A stretch of DNA of 64,000 nt, taken from positions 1 to 64,000 of the forward strand of contig JBAMMA010000001.1 in NCBI GenBank assembly GCA_039794005.1, read 5' to 3'. Numbering within the stretch: the first letter of the stretch is position 1; each line of letters begins with the position of its first letter. Positions 40,755 through 51,150 of this stretch are shown here, in pieces. The DNA comes from Thermoplasmata archaeon (lineage in GTDB: Archaea > Thermoplasmatota > Thermoplasmata > Thermoplasmatales > ARK-15). Under the pieces are notes generated by a model that was not told where the DNA came from, did no database searches, and saw only the letters and a program-made list of their open reading frames with translations. The translations under genes and the position numbers were made by a program.

Positions 40755-43487
40755 TTAATTTTTTTGTACAATATTTTGTGCCTTATCTCCTAACATTTTT
40801 TCATAGCTTTTTCTTAATCCTTCAAAATTCATATTTTTTAAAATGTTTTTTAATTTATCTTCAAAATCCTTATCATCAGTAAGAATATATATTATTGTAT
40901 AATATCTCAACAGTAATAACCACAAATTTTCTCTTTCAATATTTTTAATATATTCATTTATCTTCTCTTTAATATTAATATTCCTATTCTTTATGAACGA
41001 TATTATTGAATCTAGAATATTGAATCTCCAAACCAATAAGTCCATACTTTTAATTAATTCATTATTTTTAATTTCATTATATATATTCATAAATTCATCA
41101 TTCACATTTTTATTTTCCAGAATTAACAATTCAAAGTATAATTCAAGAAAATCCATAAAATCTATCAAATCAGATGATTTTATTATACCTCCTCTTTTGG
41201 ATTCATAAAAAAATTTGTAATTTTCAACTGCATTTTTTAGATTACCCCTGAACAGTTCAAATTTTGCCTTTGAAATATATCCAAAATCTATGTATTGTGT
41301 AAGACCACTATTCACAATAATATCTAATTCAGGAATATCTTCAATGTTATTTCCCTTTATTAATTCGATAATCTTCAATAATAAATTCAATTCTATAGAA
41401 TATATTTTTTTATTGTTTTTATTACTGATATCTAGAGATTGTTTAATATAATTTTCAGCTTCAACAACGTTTGCAGTCTTTATAAATATATCTGAAAAGT
41501 TTATTGCCGCTATTATCGCCGGATCATAGTTTCCCTCAAGAATAGCAACTCCATAACCTTTCCTAAATAAATATAAGGCATCATTTACCTTACCTTGATA
41601 CCAATAAATTATTGACATATTCAGATATAAATTCTGTAAATGATGTGGTATCCAAAGTTTCTCAGATATGGATTGGATTTTGTTATAATATTCCATAGCT
41701 TTTTTAAGATCTATTTCTGAATAGATTTTTGCTATCCTAATATATGTTTCCAACAAATTATTGTAATTTCCTAAATTTTCATTTATCTTTTCAGCCATCC
41801 CCAGGTATTCTAATGCCTTCATTATATCCTCTTTTTCCGTATAAATTTGACCCAGCAATCTAAATATTTTCTGCAATCTATCATAATCTTTTAATTTTTC
41901 AGCTATTTCTTGAGCCTTTTTTAAATAATCCTCTGCGAGATCTAGATCATATAATGCCAAATAATTTTCAGCTAATCCAATATATACCAATTCTTTATAA
42001 AAATCATCCAAATTTAATTCTTCTAACTTTGAATATACTTCTATTGATGTGGCAGGGTTATTCATCCTAAACATTACAGAGGCAAATAATATATTTACTT
42101 CAACATCATCAGGAAATTTATTGTAAAGATCATTTACAACATTTAATGCCCTTTGATAATCTTCTTGTGATATTAGTAACTTTAAGTAATTCAAAGCAAC
42201 TTCTTTATCATCTTTATTTATTTCATAAGCTATAGATAATGATTGAAGGGCTTTTGTGGTATTATTTTCTTTTAGAAATTCAAGTCCTACTTTCTTTAAA
42301 TATTCAAATGCTTTATCATTATTCTTTGCATAATAATAGTTAATACCAGCTTCAAAATATCTGCCATTTTTTTCATAATAGCTGGCAATTTTTAATCGCA
42401 CGTCCCTTATCCTTAGCGATGAGAATGACTTTTCTATTATGCCTACTAAATCTTTTCTTTTTAATTCTATTCCATCAGTCGATTCAAATATTAATCCCTT
42501 TTTTATTAGATCATCGAGGGCATCTATAAATTCATCTTCATTTATTTTCATCATATTCATTAATTCTATAGGATCAATTCTCTCATTTAATATTGAAAGA
42601 TAAAGAAGGATAAGTAATTCCTTATCTTTAACCATTTCAAAAATCTCATCCAAATTAATGGGTATTTCTAACAGCTTTTTAATTTCATTTAATATATTAT
42701 CTGTAACAGGTCTTACAAAAATTTTCTCTACTATGTAATTTGATTTTTCTAATGTTTTTATTATATCCATAGCAATTTTTATTTTACCCCCAGATTTTTC
42801 ATAAATAAAAGAAATAATCTTTGGAGGTAATGTGTATCCATTTTCTTCTATTATTTTTTTAAAATCATCTAAATCCAATGATGAAAGTGATAATTCAATA
42901 GCCCCTAAGCTTTTTAAAATGCTAATAACATTAAACAATTCGTCATTTTTTGTGTCTGGATTGTAAATTCCAACTATTCTTGCTTTCGCATTTTCTTTTA
43001 AAAATTTACTTGCTATGTTGAAAAATAATCCTATCAGGTCTTTATCCATTTTATCTAGGTCGTCCATTACAAAAATGAAATTTTCATCGTTTTTTAATTC
43101 ATCAAATTTTGTCATTATTAATAAATTTATTAAGTTTGATGAACTTTCAGATTTATCTGGAGAAATCGCATATGCAACTTTAATATATTTGTTTAAAGAT
43201 TCTTTTAAATCCAATATCTCAATCAATTTTTGATATTTTTCTTCAGGTTTTGTTATGCTGTAATATTTATATTCAAAATTGTACTTTTTTAAAATCTTCA
43301 ATGTAATATACGTTTTACCTATACCGTCCTGCCCCTTGATTAAAATTATTTTGTTTTCCTTGTTTTTAATTATGTTTTCGATGTTTTCTATACTTATAGG
43401 GGCAGCTTGCATTGATATAGAAAAATTAACATCACCTAATAAAGGTTTTTGATTATCATAATTTTCAACATCGTTAAATTTGTGCAT
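40755..43487 (-). CDS. STAND-like NTPase-wHTH-TPR protein
   Basis: Walker A GQDGIGKT, Walker B FIFVMDDLD, wHTH (EDEFIDALDDLIKKGLI), many TPRs. Confidence 0.78.
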   Translation of the reverse strand: MHKFNDVENYDNQKPLLGDVNFSISMQAAPISIENIENIIKNKENKIILIKGQDGIGKTYITLKILKKYNFEYKYYSITKPEEKYQKLIEILDLKESLNKYIKVAYAISPDKSESSSNLINLLIMTKFDELKNDENFIFVMDDLDKMDKDLIGLFFNIASKFLKENAKARIVGIYNPDTKNDELFNVISILKSLGAIELSLSSLDLDDFKKIIEENGYTLPPKIISFIYEKSGGKIKIAMDIIKTLEKSNYIVEKIFVRPVTDNILNEIKKLLEIPINLDEIFEMVKDKELLILLYLSILNERIDPIELMNMMKINEDEFIDALDDLIKKGLIFESTDGIELKRKDLVGIIEKSFSSLRIRDVRLKIASYYEKNGRYFEAGINYYYAKNNDKAFEYLKKVGLEFLKENNTTKALQSLSIAYEINKDDKEVALNYLKLLISQEDYQRALNVVNDLYNKFPDDVEVNILFASVMFRMNNPATSIEVYSKLEELNLDDFYKELVYIGLAENYLALYDLDLAEDYLKKAQEIAEKLKDYDRLQKIFRLLGQIYTEKEDIMKALEYLGMAEKINENLGNYNNLLETYIRIAKIYSEIDLKKAMEYYNKIQSISEKLWIPHHLQNLYLNMSIIYWYQGKVNDALYLFRKGYGVAILEGNYDPAIIAAINFSDIFIKTANVVEAENYIKQSLDISNKNNKKIYSIELNLLLKIIELIKGNNIEDIPELDIIVNSGLTQYIDFGYISKAKFELFRGNLKNAVENYKFFYESKRGGIIKSSDLIDFMDFLELYFELLILENKNVNDEFMNIYNEIKNNELIKSMDLLVWRFNILDSIISFIKNRNINIKEKINEYIKNIERENLWLLLLRYYTIIYILTDDKDFEDKLKNILKNMNFEGLRKSYEKMLGDKAQNIVQKN

Positions 43488-43690
43488 TTAAATTTATCAT
43501 ATGTTTTCAAATTAAAAATTTTTTTAATTTTTTTATTATTATATTTCTAATAAAATAATGTTTTTAAATTTGATTAATATATTTATAAAAATCACAATTT
43601 TTTAAAAAATTATTTACAAACACTCTAATTATCAAAAAAATCCAAAAACTATTTAAGTTTAAATTTTGTTATAATTAGACGGTGGCATGA

Positions 43691-44974
43691 ATGGCTAAAA
43701 TAGAAATAGCTGGTAAAACATTTTCGACGGTAAAATTACTGTTCATGGCTGGTGCTGGTCTCTTTTTGGATGGTTATGAATTAAGTGTAATTTCATTAGC
43801 TGCATTATACATGTTTCCAATTCTTAATTTTTCCAATTTATTTCAGACCTTGGTTCTTGGAGCAGTAATTTTAGGAACTATAATAGGTACTATAGGTGCA
43901 GGCTTTTTAACAGATCTATTCGGAAGAAGAACAATATATATCTATGATCTTTTGGGGTATATCATTTTTGGTGTCCTTCAAGTTTTAACTTCAAATCCAT
44001 GGATTATTGTGATATCAAGATTATTCATGGGAATTGCAATAGGTGCGGATTATCCAGTTTCAAATTCATATATAGCAGAAATTGCACCAAAGGAATTTAG
44101 GGGAAGATATTTAGCATTTGCAAATGTCGCCTTTATCTCAGGTTCATTCACATCGGTCCTTATATCTTGGATTATATTTGAGTTATACCCTATAATTCCA
44201 CCTGACCTTGGCTGGAGATTAATGTTAGGTTTGGGAGTAATTCCCGCAATAATCGTATTAATAATGAGATATCAAATGCCAGAATCACAAAGATGGGAAA
44301 ATGTCAAAGGAAAAATTGTTGGAACTGAAATTGCAAAGGAAATGTTCACCGGACTTGGAGGCAAATTCACAATTTTAAATTCAGTACTCTGGTTTATTTT
44401 TGATATGACCGTATTTGGAGCATCTCTATTTATTCCAACTATAATTTTAAAAGTTTATGGAACATCTCAGGTACCAAATCAAGTTAATGCACTTTATGAC
44501 AGTATATTTTTATTGGTTTTGCTTTTAAGCGCAACACTTGTAACATTCATAATAGACAGTACAGGAAGAAAAATAATCCAGATAATAGGTTATGTGGGGA
44601 TGGGCATATTTTTCTTATTAATTCCTTATGGATTTGAAAACATTTACATATTCATTATGATAGGTGTAATGATAGAATTCTTCAACGGTTTTGTTGGTAC
44701 TACCACAGGTATTTTTCCAGCGGAACTTGCAAAAACAGAATTTAGAGGATCTGCTTATGGTTTTGCGAGCATGATGGGTAAAATAGGTGCGCTTGTAGGT
44801 GTATTTGTCGTAGGACTAGGAACTGCTTATCTTGGAAGGGATACCGCACCTGTTTTACAGATATTCGGAATAACAATGTTTGTTGGAGCAGCATTGACAC
44901 TCTTCCTTGTTGATATAACAGACATGGATCTCGATGAACTGTTTGAATTCAAGATGAGATTGTCGGAGGAATAA
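43691..44974 (+). CDS. MFS transporter (sugar porter/metabolite:H+ symporter-like)
   Basis: FLDGYEL, motif A GFLTDLFGRR, GADYP, EIAPKEFRG, PES, PAELAKTEFRG; about 12 TM. Confidence 0.93.
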   Translation: MAKIEIAGKTFSTVKLLFMAGAGLFLDGYELSVISLAALYMFPILNFSNLFQTLVLGAVILGTIIGTIGAGFLTDLFGRRTIYIYDLLGYIIFGVLQVLTSNPWIIVISRLFMGIAIGADYPVSNSYIAEIAPKEFRGRYLAFANVAFISGSFTSVLISWIIFELYPIIPPDLGWRLMLGLGVIPAIIVLIMRYQMPESQRWENVKGKIVGTEIAKEMFTGLGGKFTILNSVLWFIFDMTVFGASLFIPTIILKVYGTSQVPNQVNALYDSIFLLVLLLSATLVTFIIDSTGRKIIQIIGYVGMGIFFLLIPYGFENIYIFIMIGVMIEFFNGFVGTTTGIFPAELAKTEFRGSAYGFASMMGKIGALVGVFVVGLGTAYLGRDTAPVLQIFGITMFVGAALTLFLVDITDMDLDELFEFKMRLSEE

Positions 44975-44975
44975 A

Positions 44976-45719
44976 ATGTTTTTTAAATCTTTTAAAGGTT
45001 CTATTTTTCATGAAATATATGGTAAAGGTTTTCCAATTTTATTGTTGCATGGATTAGGAGGATCACATGAATCTATGTTTGAAATAGCCAAAGATCTTGA
45101 TGGATTTTCAATAATTATACCTGATTTGCCAAATCATGGACAAAGTGATGACATAGATGGAGATTTGGATGATATTGCAAAAATATTTCACGATCTAATG
45201 GCATACTTGAAATATGAAAAGTATATTTTAATAGGTTTGAGTTTAGGATCTTTAATTGCACAAAATATGGCATATAAATATAAAAATGAGGTTGAAAAAT
45301 TAATTCTTTTATCACCCGGTGTTGTGATAGATGAAGTTGCAATGAACGTTGTAATGACATGGTTTAATGCTGAAGATGGAGGTGCATCAACAACTTTTTC
45401 TCAAGAATTTTATCAAAAACATAAGGCTGAGATTTTAAAATATAATAATGAACATCCATTCGAGCCCTCAAGACTTGCGGAAATTGCATCTAGTTTAATA
45501 AATTTTGATATCAGGGATAAGAAAATAGATATACCATGTTTAGCAATAATTGGAAATCAAGACATTATATTCGGTCCAAGGATAATTGAAGATTTACAGA
45601 AAATTTATAAAAGTTGTAATATTAAAATCATAAACTCTGGGCATGCTATACATCGCGAATCTCCAAAGGAAGTCTCAAAGATAATAAAAGAATTTTTATA
45701 CCAAGATATAGAATTATGA
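44976..45719 (+). CDS. Alpha/beta-fold hydrolase (enol-lactonase/esterase-like)
   Basis: HGLGG, DLPNHGQS, nucleophile GLSLG, GNQD, SGH triad. Confidence 0.92.
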   Translation: MFFKSFKGSIFHEIYGKGFPILLLHGLGGSHESMFEIAKDLDGFSIIIPDLPNHGQSDDIDGDLDDIAKIFHDLMAYLKYEKYILIGLSLGSLIAQNMAYKYKNEVEKLILLSPGVVIDEVAMNVVMTWFNAEDGGASTTFSQEFYQKHKAEILKYNNEHPFEPSRLAEIASSLINFDIRDKKIDIPCLAIIGNQDIIFGPRIIEDLQKIYKSCNIKIINSGHAIHRESPKEVSKIIKEFLYQDIEL

Positions 45720-45768
45720 GTTGTACAATTTGGAAAGTTTATATATTAAATAGCAGTTAGGTGATTAA

Positions 45769-46200
45769 ATGGCCATTCTCATGAGCCCCCTTGATTACGC
45801 AGTAGAAAACGAAAAGCTTGCTAAGGTAGCAATATCAAAGGGGGCTTTTGATCAAGCAAAAAAATATTTAGACGAAGCACTGAAAACATTAAAATCGTCA
45901 GAGCCATCAGAATTTGAATTCACAGATTTATTAGTAATTCTTAAAAAAATATTAAATGGATATATAACAATTAAAGATTTCCCAAACGCAATAGAGACGT
46001 TAAATTTTATACATTCAATAACAAGAGGTAGAATTAGTTTGATAAATGATGTTAAAAATCTTTTAAAAAATATACCACAAAATTTTAATATTTTACCCTA
46101 CGAGGAGAATCTGAGGAAGCTTGTTGGGAATAATTCTGAACTTGTTGATTTATTGAATATTCTTGTTGAAAATTCAAAGAAATTAGGCCAGGGTCAATAG
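45769..46200 (+). CDS. Hypothetical all-helical protein, paralog of 40276-40704
   Basis: Alignment to paralog; own TATA-like TTTATATA about 30 nt upstream and AGGTGA SD-like motif. Confidence 0.75.
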   Translation: MAILMSPLDYAVENEKLAKVAISKGAFDQAKKYLDEALKTLKSSEPSEFEFTDLLVILKKILNGYITIKDFPNAIETLNFIHSITRGRISLINDVKNLLKNIPQNFNILPYEENLRKLVGNNSELVDLLNILVENSKKLGQGQ

Positions 46201-48100
46201 TTTCGTTGTGGTAAACTATTGGTTGTATTTCCTCGATGGTAAAATTTTCTAAATATGAATCTTTTGTATTATTAATTTCAATTGATCCGGAGGAAACAAA
46301 AGAATTAATTCTAATCAAGAAATCCTCCTTTTCTGAGCTATTAAAAGTACAATTTGTTAATTTTGTACTATTTAAAGAATTACTTATGGTAATGCTCGAT
46401 CTATTATAAAAATGGCCAGTTAATTCAATTTTGTAAATTCCCGGGGTTAAATTAAGATTATAAATAAATATTGAGCTGGAAAAATTTTTATTGATATTTA
46501 TATTATAAAATATTGGTTTATAAATCAATACATTTCCATAATAATTTTCTTTTAAAAGAACAATACCATCATATTCTGCAATTATTCCATAGTGATTGCT
46601 ATAAAACAATTTATTCGAAATTTCGTACATTGTCGTTGAATTTAAAATGTAATTGATATAATATGTTAATGAATCGATATCCATTAGAACATATGTAAAA
46701 TTCATTTTCATCCAATAATTATTGATTAATACATATTCATTGTTGTAAGTAAAATTTTTTGAAAAAATTACAAATCCCGGAACAAAAACATCATCGGGAT
46801 TATTTATTCTTAAATAAGCTTCAGGCAAATTATTTTGGACCAATAACCAGGCATTGTCTGGTATTAATTTTATAATATTCATCAATGCGTTATATTTTTC
46901 ATAATCCGGATTTAGATTATGGCTAACATTGAATGATGCCAATGATTCATCATTAAATGGTCCCCATGGTTGGTAAACGAGTCCTAGTAAAATTGTCAAT
47001 ATTAACATAAGTGCAGTAATTTTAGTTTTATTTTCAAACAACGGTGATAAATCAATCTTTTTGATATAAACTATTTTATTATTTTCTTTTATAAATTCAT
47101 TTAATACTTCTATTGTTGCCAAAAACAAAAATGGTGTATAAAGGGGTGAGTATTGTCTTTCTAAAAATCCAGGAAATATAACTCCCCAAAAACTAATATA
47201 TAATGTTATATATAAAAATGGAAGGTATAGTAATAAAAATCTTTTAGATAACAATGGAAAACCAAGCAATGGAAAAAGTATTATGAAAATCATAAAGATC
47301 CTATAATCTAAGACAGAATTGTTTACACCGCTATAATGAGCTTGCGATTGCAATACGCTTAATAAATTTCCACCACCAAAGTATATTTTTATTGCAACGT
47401 AGGAGATCAATAAAATTGACAAGGAAATTAGGAATAATATTAAAGAATAGATCAATTTTTCTCTTGAAAACTCTCTCTTTGTGATCATTTTTACATATTC
47501 TTCTGATAGGAATATAAACCCTGTAAGACTGATCAATAAAATATAGGGAAATCTAGATTCCCCACCAAATATAAAGAAGAATATTGAGGTTTTATACATC
47601 TTTTTGATGAAAAAGTAGTAGCCAAGTAAATAAAATGGTATAAAAAATGCTTGGTAATGAAAATCAAACCAAAATATTCCTGTCAAAGGAGGATAAAATA
47701 AATAGACCAGTGAAATTAAAAAGGATTGTAATCTATTTTTTAATATTTCTTTTGATATGAAATATAAAACTAGGCTACCAAATAAGACAGAAAAGTTTTG
47801 AAAAATTATTATATCTACCATGCTATGATTTAAAAATATTGGAAATATTAAAAATAATATTGGATGAAAAATTAAATTATTAATATCAAAAGGATTTTTT
47901 AAAAATTCCATGCCAGTTAAATATGCCACACCTAAATCCCATACTGAATCATTTAATGAATAGTATTTTAACAATGATATGTAAGACCAATAGATTGAAA
48001 TTATTATGTAAATTATTATCAAAAAATCGAAAATGTAGTCACGTTTAATCAAAGATATAAATTTTCTTATAAAATTTGAAATATATAAATATATTTTCAT
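46085..48100 (-). CDS. DUF2079-like polytopic membrane protein (GT-C-like putative glycosyltransferase)
   Basis: N-terminal TM followed by WDLG, then FHPILFL, WFDFHYQ, many TMs, LIPDNA and an extracellular C-terminal domain. Confidence 0.75.
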   Translation of the reverse strand: MKIYLYISNFIRKFISLIKRDYIFDFLIIIYIIISIYWSYISLLKYYSLNDSVWDLGVAYLTGMEFLKNPFDINNLIFHPILFLIFPIFLNHSMVDIIIFQNFSVLFGSLVLYFISKEILKNRLQSFLISLVYLFYPPLTGIFWFDFHYQAFFIPFYLLGYYFFIKKMYKTSIFFFIFGGESRFPYILLISLTGFIFLSEEYVKMITKREFSREKLIYSLILFLISLSILLISYVAIKIYFGGGNLLSVLQSQAHYSGVNNSVLDYRIFMIFIILFPLLGFPLLSKRFLLLYLPFLYITLYISFWGVIFPGFLERQYSPLYTPFLFLATIEVLNEFIKENNKIVYIKKIDLSPLFENKTKITALMLILTILLGLVYQPWGPFNDESLASFNVSHNLNPDYEKYNALMNIIKLIPDNAWLLVQNNLPEAYLRINNPDDVFVPGFVIFSKNFTYNNEYVLINNYWMKMNFTYVLMDIDSLTYYINYILNSTTMYEISNKLFYSNHYGIIAEYDGIVLLKENYYGNVLIYKPIFYNININKNFSSSIFIYNLNLTPGIYKIELTGHFYNRSSITISNSLNSTKLTNCTFNSSEKEDFLIRINSFVSSGSIEINNTKDSYLENFTIEEIQPIVYHNETIDPGLISLNFQQEYSINQQVQNYSQQASSDSPRRVKY

Positions 48101-49098
48101 TAAATACCCTCCATGTATGAAATTCTACTTCCAAATGGTTCAAATTTGAATGGTTCTTCCCTCAAATTCAATTCTTTTCTTATATCATTATGTTTTTCGG
48201 GAGGAGCAAATAATAGTAGAAATCCCCCACCACCAGCCCCGATTATTTTACCACCTATTGCTCCTGCTTTTTTTGCTTTTTCATATAATTTATCAATAAA
48301 ATCATCGCTTATGGATTTGGACAAATTTTTCTTTAAATTCCAATTTTCATCCAGCAAATATCCCAATTCGTACCATTTTCCTTTTGATAAATATTCATGT
48401 GTTTTATATGCAAGTTTTTTTAATTCATTATAGTATTCAATTTTATTTTCTATATTCATTTTCATATCTTCGTGAATATTCGAGCTAAGTCTTTCCCTTC
48501 CAGTAAAAAACAATAATAAATGTTCATTCAACAATTTCCTATCTTCCAATTTTGGTAATGTATGAACAACAGATACATTTTCATCGGGAAAAAATTCCAT
48601 AAACCTAAAACCTCCAAAAGCTGCAATATACTGATCTTGTTTTCCGCCTGGTTCCTTTAAGATTTCTCTCTCAATTTTAACAGCTTCTTTAGCTAATTCT
48701 TCCGGAGAATAAATTTCACCCTTCCATGTATGTAATGCATTTAATAAACCTACTAGGAATGAACTGCTAGATCCCAGGCCGGTTCCATGTGATGGTATTT
48801 CAGTTATGCTTATTATTTGTAATCCCGCCTTTATATCCAACAGCTTCAATGATTCCCTAACAGTAGGATGTTTAATTTCATCAATATTTTTTATTGCATT
48901 TTCAGTAATCGAATAACTTATCCTGAATTCATCCCTGTAAAAGTTGTTAGCTATGATCACATAGATATATTTGTTAATTGTAGCAGAAATAACTGCACCC
49001 GGTCCATATTTTCTATAATATTCCGGTATATCTGTACCTCCTCCAGTGAATGTAATTCTTAGAGGAGTTTTAGTTAAAATGATTTTGAAATTATTCAT
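48100..49098 (-). CDS. hddA: D-glycero-alpha-D-manno-heptose-7-phosphate kinase (GHMP family)
   Basis: TPLRITFTGGGTD, PSHGTGLGSSS, GKQDQY, GAGGGGF. Confidence 0.88.
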   Translation of the reverse strand: MNNFKIILTKTPLRITFTGGGTDIPEYYRKYGPGAVISATINKYIYVIIANNFYRDEFRISYSITENAIKNIDEIKHPTVRESLKLLDIKAGLQIISITEIPSHGTGLGSSSSFLVGLLNALHTWKGEIYSPEELAKEAVKIEREILKEPGGKQDQYIAAFGGFRFMEFFPDENVSVVHTLPKLEDRKLLNEHLLLFFTGRERLSSNIHEDMKMNIENKIEYYNELKKLAYKTHEYLSKGKWYELGYLLDENWNLKKNLSKSISDDFIDKLYEKAKKAGAIGGKIIGAGGGGFLLLFAPPEKHNDIRKELNLREEPFKFEPFGSRISYMEGI

Positions 49099-49131
49099 CT
49101 TCAAATATTATTATGTTGTTATATATAAATT

Positions 49132-49692
49132 TTATTTGAATAAATTGGATTCAACAATTTTTGCAATAATGTGCAAGATTGTGATTGTCGCTTCTTGTAT
49201 GTGTGAAGTAATATCAGAGTTTAGTCTTATTAAATATTTCTCTTCTATTAAATCTTTCATTTTTCCTCCACTTCTGCCTGTAATTCCTATAACAATGCAA
49301 CCTAAATCTTTAGCCTTTTCAATTCCTCTTAAAACGTTTTTCGAATTTCCTGATGTACTTAATGCAATAATCACATCACCACTATTTGCAAAGGCCTCTA
49401 TTTGTCTATCAAATGTGTATTCATAACCGTAGTCATTTCCTATTGCAGTAACAGTGGATGTATTGCAATGTAAAGCCAATGCAGGCAAAGGTTTTCTGTC
49501 CTTTTCAAATTTACCAACTAATTCTGCAGCAAAATGTTGAGCATCTGCAGCACTTCCACCATTACCAAATATAATTACCTTTTTATTATTTCTATATGCA
49601 TTTATTATTTCCTCAGAAATTTTCAAAATTTTTTCTTTCTCTATATTTAAAATTACGTTACAATGGTTATTCAAGTAATCCTCAATATCCAT
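49132..49692 (-). CDS. gmhA: Phosphoheptose (sedoheptulose-7-P) isomerase
   Basis: GNGGSAADAQHFAAEL, TAIGNDYG, STSGNS, IQE. Confidence 0.94.
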   Translation of the reverse strand: MDIEDYLNNHCNVILNIEKEKILKISEEIINAYRNNKKVIIFGNGGSAADAQHFAAELVGKFEKDRKPLPALALHCNTSTVTAIGNDYGYEYTFDRQIEAFANSGDVIIALSTSGNSKNVLRGIEKAKDLGCIVIGITGRSGGKMKDLIEEKYLIRLNSDITSHIQEATITILHIIAKIVESNLFK

Positions 49693-49741
49693 ATGTTTTA
49701 AATGATAAAATTCATAAATAAATATTTTCATTTATATTCAG

Positions 49742-50191
49742 ATGCAAAAGGCCTTATTTGTTGATAGAGATAACACATTAAATGTTGATTGTCCTTACTG
49801 TCATAAAATTGAAGATTTAAAATTAATAGAAAAAAATCTAGATATTATTAAAAAATATCAAGATAAATATTTAATAATAATCATTTCAAATCAATCTGGA
49901 ATTAGGAGAGGATATTTTGATTACAGGGAATTTTATCATTTTCATTCTGAATTATTAAAGTTATTAAAAAACAAGGGCATTAGGATCGATGCAACATACA
50001 TATGCCCACATAGGCCTGATGAAAATTGTGAGTGTAGAAAGCCTGGATTAGGATTAATTTATAAAGCAGTGATCGATTTTGATATAGATATAAAAAATTC
50101 TATAATATTTGGTGATAGGGAAGATGTTGAAGGAGAGATGGCAAATAAATTAGGTATTAAATTTATTAGAGCATATAGTATTCAAGAATAG
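49742..50191 (+). CDS. gmhB: Heptose-1,7-bisphosphate phosphatase (HAD-IIIA)
   Basis: FVDRDNTLN, SNQSGI, CPH...CECRKP, GD. Confidence 0.88.
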   Translation: MQKALFVDRDNTLNVDCPYCHKIEDLKLIEKNLDIIKKYQDKYLIIIISNQSGIRRGYFDYREFYHFHSELLKLLKNKGIRIDATYICPHRPDENCECRKPGLGLIYKAVIDFDIDIKNSIIFGDREDVEGEMANKLGIKFIRAYSIQE

Positions 50192-51068
50192 TGTTTTTTA
50201 ACGCTAATAAATTTAATTCTTTTCCAACGATTTTATCATTTTCTTTATATTCTTTTCCATTTCTCAACATGCCTTTTTTAATTTCGTAAATATAATTTTT
50301 GTTGGTTCTAAAATTTTTATTTTTCATTATAAATATTTTTCCATAACTTTTTTTCCCTTCTATATATCCATAATCTCTGTCCTTTCTAACTTTATATATT
50401 TTTCTAACCTCTTCATAGTCTTTATGATTATCAACGGGATACCATTCAGAATATTCTGAATATGCAAACATTAAATTTTCTTTTATTAATTTCAAAAACA
50501 CTGTTTCTTCTAAATTTTTTTTATCATAATTTTCGAAAAATAAATCTTTAATGGAGTTTGAAAAATAATACATACCAGTGTTTACAAATATATTTAATTC
50601 AGGTTTCTCTATAAAGTTGATTATCCTATTATTTTCTAATTCTAAAACGCCTGAGGCCGATTTCATATGGCCAACAGTAATTGTTGATTTGTAATTATTA
50701 CTCTTTGAATATTCATAAAAATCTTTTATATTATAATATGTGATGGTGTCCCCATTTTTTACAATTATGTCATCCTCAACATCTTTCCAAAAATTTTTTA
50801 CAGCAAATAAGGTACCCATTGGCCTAGGTTCTATTGAAAATTTTATTTCTGAATTATTATAATCTTTTTTAATTTTTTTTATTATTTTATCTTTTTTATA
50901 TCCGACTAATAAATATATATTATCGATTCCTGAAATTTTAAAATCTCTTATTTGTTTATCTAAAATTGTATAATCATTTTTTAAAGGTAGCAAGACTTTT
51001 GGAATATCTCTTGTTAATGGAAGAAGTCTTTTTGAATAACCACCACAAAGAATAGCTCCAACAACCAT
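50166..51068 (-). CDS. Sugar-1-phosphate nucleotidyltransferase (HddC-like by context)
   Basis: ILCGGYSKRLLPLTRDIPKVL, PMGT, NGDT, FIEKP, NTGMY; short degenerate C-terminal domain. Confidence 0.8.
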   Translation of the reverse strand: MVVGAILCGGYSKRLLPLTRDIPKVLLPLKNDYTILDKQIRDFKISGIDNIYLLVGYKKDKIIKKIKKDYNNSEIKFSIEPRPMGTLFAVKNFWKDVEDDIIVKNGDTITYYNIKDFYEYSKSNNYKSTITVGHMKSASGVLELENNRIINFIEKPELNIFVNTGMYYFSNSIKDLFFENYDKKNLEETVFLKLIKENLMFAYSEYSEWYPVDNHKDYEEVRKIYKVRKDRDYGYIEGKKSYGKIFIMKNKNFRTNKNYIYEIKKGMLRNGKEYKENDKIVGKELNLLALKNTILEYYML

Positions 51069-51150
51069 TATTTTTAAATTGTAAATCAAAATAAAAATAT
51101 TTTGTAAAATGAAAAGTCTTAAATAACAATAAATGGATATTAAAAAATAT

